IMG/VR virus record: IMGVR_UViG_3300009790_002068
Location: 19,165 to 83,164 of that record
Source: a virus
Length of the DNA: 64,000 nucleotides
Strand: one strand, 5' to 3'
Each line of letters begins with the position of its first letter. Positions within the stretch are counted from its first letter, which is position 1. A program made the position numbers and the translations under genes. Below the pieces are notes generated by a model that had not been told where the DNA came from, did not search any database, and saw only the letters and a list, made by a program, of their open reading frames with translations. Positions 27,217-37,255 of this stretch are shown here, piece by piece.

Positions 27217-27516
27217 ATGGAAATTAATCCACTCAATGCTTTAAACAAAAGAATAGTAGATATTCTTCCACCACATTTTGAAAAAATTGTTCTGCCTGTT
27301 CATTCGAGTTGGGCTATGAACGAAAATATTAGACGTATGAAATATTGGATTTTAAAGAACTTAGAAAATAGGTTTTTTATATCCGAAAGTGAAAACTCTA
27401 TATCAACCTTTACTAATCCAGATGCTAGTATAGTAGTAGGCTTCGAAGATCACTCCGAAGCCACATATTTTAGTATAGCATATCAGGATAATTCAACCGA
27501 AGAAGAACCTTTTTAA
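27217..27516 (+). CDS. Hypothetical phage protein
   Basis: 99-aa ORF; NPLN...PPHF...GFED..EA.YF. Confidence 0.65.
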   Translation: MEINPLNALNKRIVDILPPHFEKIVLPVHSSWAMNENIRRMKYWILKNLENRFFISESENSISTFTNPDASIVVGFEDHSEATYFSIAYQDNSTEEEPF

Positions 27517-28145
27517 AGGTCTGTTGAACCTGGATTAGAATCCAAAGTTTTTCTCCAACCTGATTGTTTTACAAAACAATCCGAAGTCCATTTTGCTAAT
27601 GTCATTACAAACTGTTCAGGTGGGGTTTGAGCATGACTCATCCAAAAATTATTCCATATTTTAGAATAAACCTTATAATCTTCTTGTTCTAAAATGGCAA
27701 TTATCTCTGCCCTGTCCTCTTCTGAATATTCAGCTTCTGGTACTGCTAACTCTTTAAGATCAGATAATATTACTGTTAATCCTTCAAATGAATTAGTTAG
27801 ATAAGTCCTGTAATCATTGACAGTTTTATCCAATTTTTCCGATTCAGCTGGATCAGATGATAACCCAAATAATTTGTTAGTGTAAATTACGTCTAATAAT
27901 ATACGATCTTGTACTGTATATGTCGCTTGACATCCAATTACAGGATATGCTAATTGGAAATACATATCAGGATCTATCTTATTAGGTGCTTCTAGCTTTG
28001 GTTCTTTATCTAAATTATCTTCCGTTGGAGTACTAGCGAACAAAATGTCCCTAGCAATAACGGTACCTGGAGTACTAGCAAAGACGTAGAAAGGAAATAA
28101 TGTCAGAAATATAATTAAATAAATCTTTTTATAGTAAATAAACAT
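27513..28145 (-). CDS. Hypothetical secreted/membrane protein
   Basis: Signal-peptide-like N-terminus; fills the gap between + strand genes. Confidence 0.6.
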   Translation of the reverse strand: MFIYYKKIYLIIFLTLFPFYVFASTPGTVIARDILFASTPTEDNLDKEPKLEAPNKIDPDMYFQLAYPVIGCQATYTVQDRILLDVIYTNKLFGLSSDPAESEKLDKTVNDYRTYLTNSFEGLTVILSDLKELAVPEAEYSEEDRAEIIAILEQEDYKVYSKIWNNFWMSHAQTPPEQFVMTLAKWTSDCFVKQSGWRKTLDSNPGSTDL

Positions 28146-28207
28146 AGTATATAATGACTCCTTTCTTAATGGTCATATATGTACTTATCATAAGGAGATA
28201 TCACAAA

Positions 28208-28585
28208 ATGACAACTGAAGAAACAAATAAAGACAATGTGAACACAGAAGCACCGGCAACTGATGCCACTGCTTCTACAACTACTGCCCCAAAAGAAGGA
28301 CAGCCAGGCGCTGGACAGGCGGCAGGATTAACTATTGGCGATTTACGTTTAATGGCTAGACTTGTACAAATATCTAGTGAACGTGGAGCCATTAGAGCAG
28401 ACGAAATGGCAACTGTAGGAGACTTGTATAACAGACTATCACAATTCTTAAATACAGTAGCACCTGTGGCACCTGCTCCACAACCAGCTGACAGTACAGC
28501 ACCAGAATCAACTGATGCTCCAGCTGAAACAAATGAGGAATCTGTAGAAGGTACTGAAAGTACAGAAGGCTCTCAAGGAGAATAG
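28208..28585 (+). CDS. Hypothetical protein with low-complexity termini
   Basis: AAGGAG RBS; core LTIGDL...RGAIRADEM..VG.LYNRL..FL. Confidence 0.7.
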   Translation: MTTEETNKDNVNTEAPATDATASTTTAPKEGQPGAGQAAGLTIGDLRLMARLVQISSERGAIRADEMATVGDLYNRLSQFLNTVAPVAPAPQPADSTAPESTDAPAETNEESVEGTESTEGSQGE

Positions 28586-28587
28586 TA

Positions 28588-29223
28588 ATGGCCGTAAGTG
28601 TAAAACACGTAGGTACTCACAATGGTAAAAAAATTGTAGTCCTATTTAGACAGACTCCAAACGAAGATCATATGGCGTTGGTTGTATACTCAGATAGTAT
28701 GCCATCAATAGTTCATGATGCCGTAATGGAATCTGTACAAAGTGATGTAGGTCAACAAGCTGAAAATCTTGCTGATGCTCTTCAAAGAAAAACTATGCCT
28801 GATGGTAGAGTAGCTTTAACAGTACTACACCAAGAAGGGTATATTAAAAAAGTACAGACTAATCAAGTTATAATGACACCAAATGCTAAATCTACAGTAA
28901 GATTAGATGAGCTAAATGATGTTGTTAATAAATTAAAAGCAGGCGGTGAAGCCGCTGATAAAATGAGAGAACTAGATCAAAATGCTGGTATGGTCTCGCC
29001 ACAACCTCGTGGTAGAGATGTAGGTGAACCGTCAAACGTTCCATCTGCTTCAAATAACCAAGCACTAGACGACTCTCAATTGGCTGATAGTTTACTAAAC
29101 CAGGCTAAAGGATTTGAAGATGAGGCGGTGAAGTTAAGAGAACAGGCGTATGATTTAAACCCTGACCTTAGACCACGTCGCGGTCGACCAAGTAAGAAGA
29201 CCACGTCTGATGCCACAGCCTAA
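28588..29223 (+). CDS. Hypothetical phage protein
   Basis: 211-aa ORF; C-terminal AT-hook-like RRGRPSKK. Confidence 0.7.
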   Translation: MAVSVKHVGTHNGKKIVVLFRQTPNEDHMALVVYSDSMPSIVHDAVMESVQSDVGQQAENLADALQRKTMPDGRVALTVLHQEGYIKKVQTNQVIMTPNAKSTVRLDELNDVVNKLKAGGEAADKMRELDQNAGMVSPQPRGRDVGEPSNVPSASNNQALDDSQLADSLLNQAKGFEDEAVKLREQAYDLNPDLRPRRGRPSKKTTSDATA

Positions 29224-29536
29224 CGAAGATAAGAACTACGATAAAATAGTTCAAAGCCAGTGGGACCTACTTCTAAAAGAAGTATCTATGGAAGATGTGC
29301 CATTGGAATTGCTGAACCAAGTTTTAATACATTTTAAAGATGGTACAGTTAAGTCAGTTGATATTTCCAAAATTGCTGACTCTAAAACAGACTATCGTAA
29401 ATTAGAGTCAGCACTTCAACGGCAACTTGATAAGATGTCACACAAGATTACTCACGTAGATTGGTTAATGGATAGTAAAAAGATTATTGACCAAGTTGAG
29501 TCAGCTAAAGACGAATTGTTTAAAGACAGAAAGTAG
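29210..29536 (+). CDS. Hypothetical protein
   Basis: 108-aa ORF in the operon. Confidence 0.65.
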   Translation: MPQPNEDKNYDKIVQSQWDLLLKEVSMEDVPLELLNQVLIHFKDGTVKSVDISKIADSKTDYRKLESALQRQLDKMSHKITHVDWLMDSKKIIDQVESAKDELFKDRK

Positions 29537-29570
29537 GGCTACAACTCCGGAGCGGGAGACGTACAACTAT

Positions 29571-30104
29571 ATGAAATCGAAATCACAAACTATTAGATTA
29601 AATGATCCAAATGTCTTAAAAGACTTTTTAGAGCTTTGTAGGCACATGGGCTTCTTAAACAATTCTAGTTTATCAGCAATTAAATGGCAATGGTTATTAG
29701 ACAACGGTGGTAGTTGGTGGGCTACACAGGTTGGCGATCATATAGCATCTATTAGTGGTATCCATCCTTTCAAAGATGGTTACAGAGCTTTGTTTAGAGG
29801 CGTTCAAACATACCAAAGGCCAGCAGGATTAAATAAATATCATATGTCAAGTTATCCGTTTGCTGAGCATTTACCTTTACAAATGGAATGGGCCGAAATA
29901 ATGACAGACAATTCGGAAGTTCCAATATATATTACAACTAATGTAGAAAATGATGCTAGTGGTAAAATGCTAAGAATCAATAAAGTATTCCATTTACTAG
30001 AAAAGTCAAAAATAGTTGACTTTGTAGGTGAAGAGGATGTATACTATACTAAACAATCAATATGGAAGGTAAACAAAGAAGAATATCATGGACATAGATC
30101 TTAA
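29571..30104 (+). CDS. Hypothetical protein, possibly GNAT-like fold
   Basis: IASISG.H...YRALFRG...IYITTN beta/alpha pattern; start after GGGAG. Confidence 0.5.
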   Translation: MKSKSQTIRLNDPNVLKDFLELCRHMGFLNNSSLSAIKWQWLLDNGGSWWATQVGDHIASISGIHPFKDGYRALFRGVQTYQRPAGLNKYHMSSYPFAEHLPLQMEWAEIMTDNSEVPIYITTNVENDASGKMLRINKVFHLLEKSKIVDFVGEEDVYYTKQSIWKVNKEEYHGHRS

Positions 30105-30315
30105 ACATTTAAAGAAAATTAAATCAGGATATTTTAAGCATTTTGCTTATGCTACCTATTATAATTTTTTAGCACTATTAGTTTTTATTACAGGAACTAT
30201 TCATAGTATCTTTCCGTTTATGTTTGCCCTTACACCTTATAAACTAGCAAAGATGATAACAGATGGAACTGAAAGAAACTTTATCAAACATTCTAAAGAA
30301 CGGGACGACTCTTAA
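30088..30315 (+). CDS. Small membrane protein (DUF6356-like)
   Basis: HL....GYF.H..A...IHSIFPF pattern. Confidence 0.6.
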   Translation: MDIDLKHLKKIKSGYFKHFAYATYYNFLALLVFITGTIHSIFPFMFALTPYKLAKMITDGTERNFIKHSKERDDS

Positions 30316-30973
30316 GAGTTCTGGAACTACCGGTCCCCAAAAAGAAATTTTCCAATCTCCTGAAAAGTTATACCATGCTAATGCTATAGCCGTTAACTCT
30401 CAGAACATAACAGAAAAATCTAAAATTTATACCGTGTGTAAAATGGCTCATGCCGGAGGACTACTTGCCCAAACATTACCAGCATTTTCTATTGGTGCTA
30501 GTGTGACCGTCGTAGACTTTAATGCTTACAAGTTTTTAAAAGATATAACAAACTATACCCACACACATTTAACACCAACACACGGGCGTATTTTAGCCCT
30601 TACAAAGGGTTTTAAACACCTCGACTTAACAGGTATCCATGTTACTTGTGGTAGTGATCCTGTGCCTTGGGAAATGATAGAATCATTTGTTTCTAAAGGT
30701 GCTACGTTTACTACTAATTGGGGAATGACAGAAATAGGACCATGTGCTATTAATACTACCTTTACTAGTTTGGAACAAATTGAAGATTATAAATCTAGAG
30801 AACTAGTAGGTGCTACATTTTTGGGCGATCGAACGTATTGTTATGTAGATATTAAAGACGGCGAATTATATGTCAAAGGAGACATAAGTGTATACGGTAA
30901 TGAATGGTTTGCTACAGGAGACAATGTCGCTGTAAACAGCAACGGCGAGTTTTATTACTATGGACGAATCTAA
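30263..30973 (+). CDS. Minimal AMP-binding (ANL superfamily) adenylation enzyme
   Basis: SSGTTGPQK P-loop, WGMTE, GELYVKG, FATGD and terminal GR motifs; only 236 aa. Confidence 0.8.
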   Translation: MELKETLSNILKNGTTLKSSGTTGPQKEIFQSPEKLYHANAIAVNSQNITEKSKIYTVCKMAHAGGLLAQTLPAFSIGASVTVVDFNAYKFLKDITNYTHTHLTPTHGRILALTKGFKHLDLTGIHVTCGSDPVPWEMIESFVSKGATFTTNWGMTEIGPCAINTTFTSLEQIEDYKSRELVGATFLGDRTYCYVDIKDGELYVKGDISVYGNEWFATGDNVAVNSNGEFYYYGRI

Positions 30974-31727
30974 ATTAATCTTTGTAAGTTTTGAACAATC
31001 CACTGGCGGATACGGAATAGCTAGAACTATTTGTTCCTTGCCAGATGTGTATTGGTATAGTCATCCAGATAACGGAAAACAACCCTGGAATATTCATTTG
31101 GATATGGATACATTTTACGATTCAGACACTTATGTTAAACAAAGACTAGTAACTCCAAGACACTTTGATCGCTGGATAAATGGTGTTAAATTACCCCCAA
31201 CTTGGGACTATGTAAAAGACTATTTTCCTGATCATGAAGGTTATTTAAGAGCCATCTTTTTTCCTGCCATTGAAAAAGCACAGCGACAGACGTCTAAGAA
31301 GCTGGTTTTTACCACACATTTAAGCACTTTTCAGTTAAGGCAGTACTTTGGTACTAGTGCCTGCTTAAACGTGCTGTACGACCCTTTAAAAGCGTTTAAA
31401 CGCCATATTTTAACCACTAGTAAGTTCTTAGCATATAACGTAATGCCTGGTTTAGCAGACCCTAATAACGAATATGTTAAATTTTTGGAAACCATAAGAA
31501 CCAAAAAACCAGACTTTAATAATGCTGATGTTTGGGCTATGAAAAAGCACTATGAACTATATGATGACGAGAAACATAGAGCACAATATCATGCTGAAAT
31601 TTTAGAAGAAAAAGAAACCCGATTAGCTGTAAGAAAAATATTGGGTGAAAAGGATAATACTATCTGTACTATCCATCAAGATAAAGTAGATTGGAAAAAA
31701 GTTAAGACTTATTTGAATTCGTTATAG
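30960..31727 (+). CDS. Hypothetical protein (possibly P-loop/sulfotransferase-like)
   Basis: N-terminal FVSFEQSTGG strand-loop; weak. Confidence 0.5.
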   Translation: MDESKLIFVSFEQSTGGYGIARTICSLPDVYWYSHPDNGKQPWNIHLDMDTFYDSDTYVKQRLVTPRHFDRWINGVKLPPTWDYVKDYFPDHEGYLRAIFFPAIEKAQRQTSKKLVFTTHLSTFQLRQYFGTSACLNVLYDPLKAFKRHILTTSKFLAYNVMPGLADPNNEYVKFLETIRTKKPDFNNADVWAMKKHYELYDDEKHRAQYHAEILEEKETRLAVRKILGEKDNTICTIHQDKVDWKKVKTYLNSL

Positions 31728-32719
31728 AATTTAATACTAGCAAGATTTTTCATTTTGCTTTCACACATAATATCAAAATCTTTAGTAAATGTCCAAGCCC
31801 ATTCATTAACAGGCTTGTTCCAATAGTAATCAGAATGGCCACGTAACTTGCCTTTCTTGTAACCACTTTCAAGTAGTTTATTATAATCGGGTTTTACGTC
31901 GATCGGATGATCGATAATATAGTTTTCACGACTAATGCTATAATGGCAAACAGGCCGAACGCCACGCCAAGAATCAATAACACGTCTAATCCTGTCGTCG
32001 CTTGGAGTAATATATTCTCCGGCACTATGAACCCAGTGGTGGTGTATGTCGACAACTAATGCTACCTCCTTTTCAAGTTCGAGTGAGGCGTCGAGGCCCC
32101 ACGAGTTTTCATCGTTTTCAATAGTAAGTGTGTTTCGTGCTTCTGTAGACAATCTTGGAAGGACGGCTTTGATACCGGCTGGACCTTGTCTGCCTGAGAT
32201 GTGGACGTTACACTTGAAGTCCTGCCAGTTTTTACCGTAACCCATGTACCTGATGAGATCCGCATGATATTCAAACTCCTCTATACTTCTATTTACTATA
32301 TCTGGATTGTCACTTGCTAATACTGTAAATTGTCCAGGATGAAATGACAATCGAACATTGTGTTTTCTAGCTAGGTCGCCTACCTTAATAAGATGTTTCT
32401 GACAATAAGCAATTACATCTGGCTTGGTCCAATAGTAAGACCAATCAGGATGTGTATATACAGGAAGACAATCTGAGCCTAAACGTACCATTCTAAGTTC
32501 TGGCTCTAGTGTTGTAACATACTCTACAAGATTGTAATACGATTGGATATTATGTACCATAATATCCCACAGACGGTCTTCAGCAACTTCTTTAGTTTGC
32601 CTATTAAGCCATTGTACGGTTGTAGATCTAGTATTCAACGGACGCTGAATATCTTCTAGTAGTTTTTTCTTTTGTGATTGATCTGGGTGTAAATATTTAC
32701 AAGCAAAGCCTATCTTCAT
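31709..32719 (-). CDS. uvdE: UV-damage endonuclease UvdE
   Basis: IGFAC, RLGSD, RLSFHPGQF.VLAS, IENDE, DIHHHW, HSDY and MCESK.KN motifs. Confidence 0.93.
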   Translation of the reverse strand: MKIGFACKYLHPDQSQKKKLLEDIQRPLNTRSTTVQWLNRQTKEVAEDRLWDIMVHNIQSYYNLVEYVTTLEPELRMVRLGSDCLPVYTHPDWSYYWTKPDVIAYCQKHLIKVGDLARKHNVRLSFHPGQFTVLASDNPDIVNRSIEEFEYHADLIRYMGYGKNWQDFKCNVHISGRQGPAGIKAVLPRLSTEARNTLTIENDENSWGLDASLELEKEVALVVDIHHHWVHSAGEYITPSDDRIRRVIDSWRGVRPVCHYSISRENYIIDHPIDVKPDYNKLLESGYKKGKLRGHSDYYWNKPVNEWAWTFTKDFDIMCESKMKNLASIKFYNEFK

Positions 32720-32747
32720 TAGTATACCTAACTTAAATTATAGTAAA

Positions 32748-32776
32748 ATTATACTACAATTAAATAGGATAGTCAA
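32748..32776 (-). promoter_or_regulatory. Sigma70-like promoter for uvdE
   Basis: Minus strand TTGACT-17 nt-TATAAT. Confidence 0.72.
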
Positions 32777-33386
32777 CCAAAAATGATTCTAAGCCTTCGT
32801 ATGTATCTTTACTCCAATTTGTATATTTGTCCCACTCTTCTGGTGATTTCCATTCTGGAGAATTAATAAAAACAAATTGTGTTTCTGGAAAATGCTCAAA
32901 TAGTTTAGCACTATGGTAAATCCAAAACTGTGGATCTACAGCATCATCTGATTTTTTCTTATACCCATTTGTATCTGAGTATATATTGTTTTGTTCGTTA
33001 TGGGCGTTGCCCCATAAATCAAAACCTAAGTGTATAATAATTTCGTGTCCTTTTAAACAGGCTAATAAAGCCGAATAATGTCCACTTCCCCAATGCTCTG
33101 GTTTGTCTGCTTTGTTTGGACCTAAGTAAGGTAAGTCAGGAACAACTTGAATTGAAGGATCGTTATTATTTTCCTTCCATCTAGCCCTAGTATGTAAGAA
33201 GCTAGTTTTTTCTACTCTCCGACTAACAGCTTCCCCCAACATAATCTTATCACAACAAACAAGATAGTCAACGTGCTGTTCTCTATGAATAGCATTAGAG
33301 CCATATGTAACTCCTGCTACATTTAAGCGTCTAATATCAAATCCTATTCTACTTCTTCCGTTACCTATTACGAATCCAGGTCTCAT
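32760..33386 (-). CDS. Glycosyltransferase/MAF-like Rossmann protein
   Basis: FVIGNGRSR, YGSNA, DYLV..D, SG..A and LGFD motifs, as in sialyltransferase/DUF115-like folds. Confidence 0.55.
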   Translation of the reverse strand: MRPGFVIGNGRSRIGFDIRRLNVAGVTYGSNAIHREQHVDYLVCCDKIMLGEAVSRRVEKTSFLHTRARWKENNNDPSIQVVPDLPYLGPNKADKPEHWGSGHYSALLACLKGHEIIIHLGFDLWGNAHNEQNNIYSDTNGYKKKSDDAVDPQFWIYHSAKLFEHFPETQFVFINSPEWKSPEEWDKYTNWSKDTYEGLESFLVDYPI

Positions 33387-33578
33387 TTACTCTCCAAATG
33401 TTGACATTAAAGCAGGCCCAAATGTTGTAAAAGCATACGTCAAAGCTACGATTGTTATTACACCAAATATTAACCATTTCATTTTAAAATCATCAACTAC
33501 CATTTTAAAACCTATAAGTTCGTTACCTAATACTCTTACAGACATTTCAATTTTGCCTTCATCTTCTTTATTACTCAT
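33387..33578 (-). CDS. Small membrane protein
   Basis: 63 aa with one TM segment. Confidence 0.6.
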   Translation of the reverse strand: MSNKEDEGKIEMSVRVLGNELIGFKMVVDDFKMKWLIFGVITIVALTYAFTTFGPALMSTFGE

Positions 33579-33711
33579 CTACTTCATCCTCGGTTAATAT
33601 ATTTCCATAGTTTGGCCATCCATAATCATCAGGACTTTCGCCAACGTATCTCCAACGGATTACTCCGGTGTCTGGATTACGTTCATAAATTTTTTCTCTC
33701 TCATCAATCAT
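33571..33711 (-). CDS. Small hypothetical protein (46 aa, not in ORF track)
   Basis: MIDEREKIYERNPDTGVIRWRYVGE...; overlaps both neighbours. Confidence 0.55.
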   Translation of the reverse strand: MIDEREKIYERNPDTGVIRWRYVGESPDDYGWPNYGNILTEDEVDE

Positions 33712-35155
33712 CTTCTACTACTCCAAATTTAGCCCATCTACTGTTTTCTAAACATATCCACCCAACAGGTTCGCCTATTGAAGGTTTAGAATTCCAATGA
33801 ATGTCACCAAAGACTCCACTATGTCCTGGGACCGAAGGTCCGTCTGTGTAAGTTCTACTATTTAGAACTGGATTTTTAATAATAGTTTGAGAAGGAGTAA
33901 TAGTAACTTTAGTTTCTTTATTAACTCCTATCTCTAAATTGTGATCTCTATTAGTTCCAAGCCAACCTGTACGATTCTTGTTCTTCCCAACTGTAACTTG
34001 GACCTCTTCATCCCATATATCTAATGGTGCTGTGGGTTCGTCGGTATTAACACCTATTCGACCTAATGGTGAAAAGTATATAGTATTTGCTAGTCTACTT
34101 TCTCCAGCAACTTCTAATTCTCTTAAAGTTCCTACTTTTCTTAAATTACTTGATATAACTGTACCACCTAAAGTATTTTCATCTAGAACAGTTCTTTTTC
34201 CTATTTGTATACTTCCGCCTTCTGGAATTATACTTTCTAAATTTACTCTAGTATTCATATATTCTACTAAATGGTCTTTTAATGTGTCAGGAATAACCAT
34301 ATTACCTCTAACTTCTAAACCATCTAATACAGTTAGCTTACCATGAACATCTACGTTCTTTCCTGCTAACACGTTATTGTGTAATTCTGTTTGTCCTTTT
34401 AGTATAGTTTCGTTTTCAACTTGTAAACTATCTGAACTTGATTTGCCATGAACTGAAATACTAGTACCTTCAATTTTTCTTGCTGAAAAATTATCAGATG
34501 TTATAGATGTCTGTTCATTGTTAACAGTAATTCTTGTTTCACTAGCATTATCTGTTATACCTTGGCTTTTAAATTCTTTTAATGGACCAGGTTGAATTTG
34601 ATCTTGTGGGATTTGGAATCCTGACCAGTCAATAGCACCATGTGGTATTTGACTAGGATTAAATTCTACTTCAATTCCTCTAGAAAACTTTGCTGGACCT
34701 TTAAATTCTGTTGGACCTATAAATTCGTTATCGCCTTTAGTAGTTAACTTACCAAGCATAAGTGTATCACCACTTAATAAAGACGAGCCAACAATGTCTA
34801 ATATTTTTGCTCGTAATTGTTTGCCTGCTTCTATGCTATCTGCTACTTTAATGTTTTTAGATGTAAGATTGTTTTCAACTACTACGTTATCTTTTGAAAC
34901 TCTAAGCTGTAAGTTTTCACTAGTATCTTCTATGCCCGTTGACATAAAATCTCTAAAACTATATGCTGAAAAGTTTACCTTATTTGCCGGAATATAACCA
35001 TTATTATAAATGTCATCAAGTTCTCTTTTAGGAATCTGCTCTTTGATAATGTTTTGAACAGTTTCTTGAAAATTAATACTTCTAAGGGCTACTAATACCG
35101 CACTTTTAACCGACTTGGATACCGTTTCCTCTACTAGTTCTTCTGTTGTTTTCAT
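33704..35155 (-). CDS. Probable virion structural/fibre-like protein
   Basis: Repeated STGIED.S...L.V units, SNLRKVGTLREL.V.G, RIGVNTDEP, and C-terminal GDI.WN..P......GWIC....W..FG fibre-tip motif. Confidence 0.6.
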   Translation of the reverse strand: MKTTEELVEETVSKSVKSAVLVALRSINFQETVQNIIKEQIPKRELDDIYNNGYIPANKVNFSAYSFRDFMSTGIEDTSENLQLRVSKDNVVVENNLTSKNIKVADSIEAGKQLRAKILDIVGSSLLSGDTLMLGKLTTKGDNEFIGPTEFKGPAKFSRGIEVEFNPSQIPHGAIDWSGFQIPQDQIQPGPLKEFKSQGITDNASETRITVNNEQTSITSDNFSARKIEGTSISVHGKSSSDSLQVENETILKGQTELHNNVLAGKNVDVHGKLTVLDGLEVRGNMVIPDTLKDHLVEYMNTRVNLESIIPEGGSIQIGKRTVLDENTLGGTVISSNLRKVGTLRELEVAGESRLANTIYFSPLGRIGVNTDEPTAPLDIWDEEVQVTVGKNKNRTGWLGTNRDHNLEIGVNKETKVTITPSQTIIKNPVLNSRTYTDGPSVPGHSGVFGDIHWNSKPSIGEPVGWICLENSRWAKFGVVEDD

Positions 35156-35163
35156 TGATTTTC

Positions 35164-35934
35164 CTATTCATAATTAATTGAAATAACGTGTTCAAATGTT
35201 TTATTAATTAGCGGTTTATAAAACACACTCTTATGGATCGTGAATCCCGTTGATCCAGCATCTGTGCTAAATTTCGCTAATTGTTTAAAGAACATCGTTC
35301 TCCTTGCTGTTGTACAACTATTAACCAAATTAGATTCTTCTAAATGAACCCAGTGATTTATGTACGTTTGTCTGTCCATCATTCCCCAGCTTCTGTGATT
35401 GATAAACAAATTCTGTTTTCCATTAATATTAATTGTTAAAGGTAAGTCTGACATTCTGCTTTGGCTTGATTGATTTTTATAATCAACTAAACTAGTAACA
35501 AATCTGCCTTTAGTTACTTTAGCAATCATTCCTATAAACTGTCTTTGCTCTTCTTCGGTATTAAAGTATGTTAGTATTTGATCTAAACCTAATACAACGT
35601 CATATGTATTGCCATTTGCTACTTCTTTTTCTAAACCATCTTCGTCCATGTTTATTGAAAGATTGAGGTCTTTAAAAGTAGTAGAATATACTTCGTCACA
35701 AACATCAGTACATAATATAGCTTTAACGTTATGGCCTCTTTGAGCTAAACCCATTGTAACTAAATTACAGCCTAAACTTAAAACATTATAAATTTTAGGA
35801 TGTGTTCCTTTAGCATAACCCAATACAGAGTCTATTATCTGGGTTTTGACTTCAGCTATTTCTAGTGTTTTCTTAGGGTTCGCTTCTATAACTCTTTTTA
35901 ATGCTTTGTTATAGACTTTATCAGGTATGTTCAT
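35164..35934 (-). CDS. Degenerate class I SAM-methyltransferase-like protein
   Basis: VLSLGC and YDVVL.LD...TY motifs. Confidence 0.5.
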   Translation of the reverse strand: MNIPDKVYNKALKRVIEANPKKTLEIAEVKTQIIDSVLGYAKGTHPKIYNVLSLGCNLVTMGLAQRGHNVKAILCTDVCDEVYSTTFKDLNLSINMDEDGLEKEVANGNTYDVVLGLDQILTYFNTEEEQRQFIGMIAKVTKGRFVTSLVDYKNQSSQSRMSDLPLTININGKQNLFINHRSWGMMDRQTYINHWVHLEESNLVNSCTTARRTMFFKQLAKFSTDAGSTGFTIHKSVFYKPLINKTFEHVISINYE

Positions 35935-35970
35935 ATTTTTATCTTTTTCTTGAGTTAACTTTATATAATA

Positions 35971-36573
35971 TTATTTATCTGATTTTGGCTTTCTAAATAC
36001 AATCATATTGTGGTATTGTTTCTCGCCCTCAGGCGTTGTTAAACTGTGAACAGGCTGGATTGTAACAACTTCTAAGTCTTTTTGTGAACTCCAACCACCA
36101 TCAAAGAACCAATCACCATCGTGTTTAGTCATGCTACAATAAAGCAACCCATCATCAGTTAAACTATCAGCTATATTCTTTGAAGCACTAGCATCAACGT
36201 GGCCTTTTGTTAATACACCAATAGCTGTTATACATTTGTACTTTTTAGGAAGTGGTGCTTTAGTTATATCGTGTATTTGTGTTGATCTATAATTTTGTGC
36301 TATAAATCTATCAAGCATTGGTTGATTAATATCGTACCCGTCTAATAGGTAAAGTCCTTGATTTATAGCAAATCCTACTTGTCCGTTACCACAGCCAATG
36401 TCAGCTACTTCTGTACCGTGTGGAAAGTTATTAATAATCCATTCAGATGCTAATGTATGGCACTTCCAACCTAGTTCTTCAATCACTTGTTCGTTATAGT
36501 TTACCCAGTTATCGTATAACTCGCTGTTGGTTTTACCATATACTTCATCTAACCATTTTTCATTATCACTCAT
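35971..36573 (-). CDS. Class I SAM-dependent methyltransferase
   Basis: VADIGCGNG, GYDIN..ML, GV...GHV motifs. Confidence 0.85.
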   Translation of the reverse strand: MSDNEKWLDEVYGKTNSELYDNWVNYNEQVIEELGWKCHTLASEWIINNFPHGTEVADIGCGNGQVGFAINQGLYLLDGYDINQPMLDRFIAQNYRSTQIHDITKAPLPKKYKCITAIGVLTKGHVDASASKNIADSLTDDGLLYCSMTKHDGDWFFDGGWSSQKDLEVVTIQPVHSLTTPEGEKQYHNMIVFRKPKSDK

Positions 36574-37255
36574 AATATCTAACCATTTTGTTAAGGGCTT
36601 GTCTTTGTGTTCTATACTTATTGATTATATTCTTAGTATCTTCATACCCAATACTCATACCACATAATACTATTTTATCTTTGTACTCAGGTAGTTCTTG
36701 TCTTACAATATCAGCATATTCTCCTAACGAACCCTGTGGGCAGGTTGCTAATCCTTTTTCTGTTGCTAATAGCATAATAGATTGTAAAAACATTCCATAA
36801 TCTACATACGAACCTTTTCCTAGTTCTTTGTCAATAAAAAATAACAGCATAGCTGGAGCATCAAAGGCTCTATAATTTTTAGCATATAACAAACTTTTAC
36901 GCTCTGTCATTTCTCTAGTAATACCTAGTTGGTTATATAAAGCTAACCCACAAGCCTTTCTATTTTCTTTATATGAGCCAAACCATTCTGTTTCTTTTTC
37001 ACTGTTTTTATATTGAGGATAATATTCATAGTCCATAGCAGGTTCTATACCAGAACGAAATGCTTCTTCTAACTTGCTACACAAATTCTTTTTTGCTTCA
37101 CCTGTTAATACTGCTATTTGCCAAGGTTGATGATTATCTCCACTAGGTGCCTTTTTGGCTTGTTCTAAAATAGAGTTTATAATATCAATTGAAACTGGAT
37201 TCTTTAAAAAAGCTCTAGTTGACTTACGTTTTTCTAAAGCGTCACTAACGATCAT
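36566..37255 (-). CDS. Nitroreductase family protein
   Basis: RKSTRAF, APSGDNHQPW, D.GMFLQSIML.A...GL.TC and IGY motifs. Confidence 0.92.
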   Translation of the reverse strand: MIVSDALEKRKSTRAFLKNPVSIDIINSILEQAKKAPSGDNHQPWQIAVLTGEAKKNLCSKLEEAFRSGIEPAMDYEYYPQYKNSEKETEWFGSYKENRKACGLALYNQLGITREMTERKSLLYAKNYRAFDAPAMLLFFIDKELGKGSYVDYGMFLQSIMLLATEKGLATCPQGSLGEYADIVRQELPEYKDKIVLCGMSIGYEDTKNIINKYRTQRQALNKMVRYYE

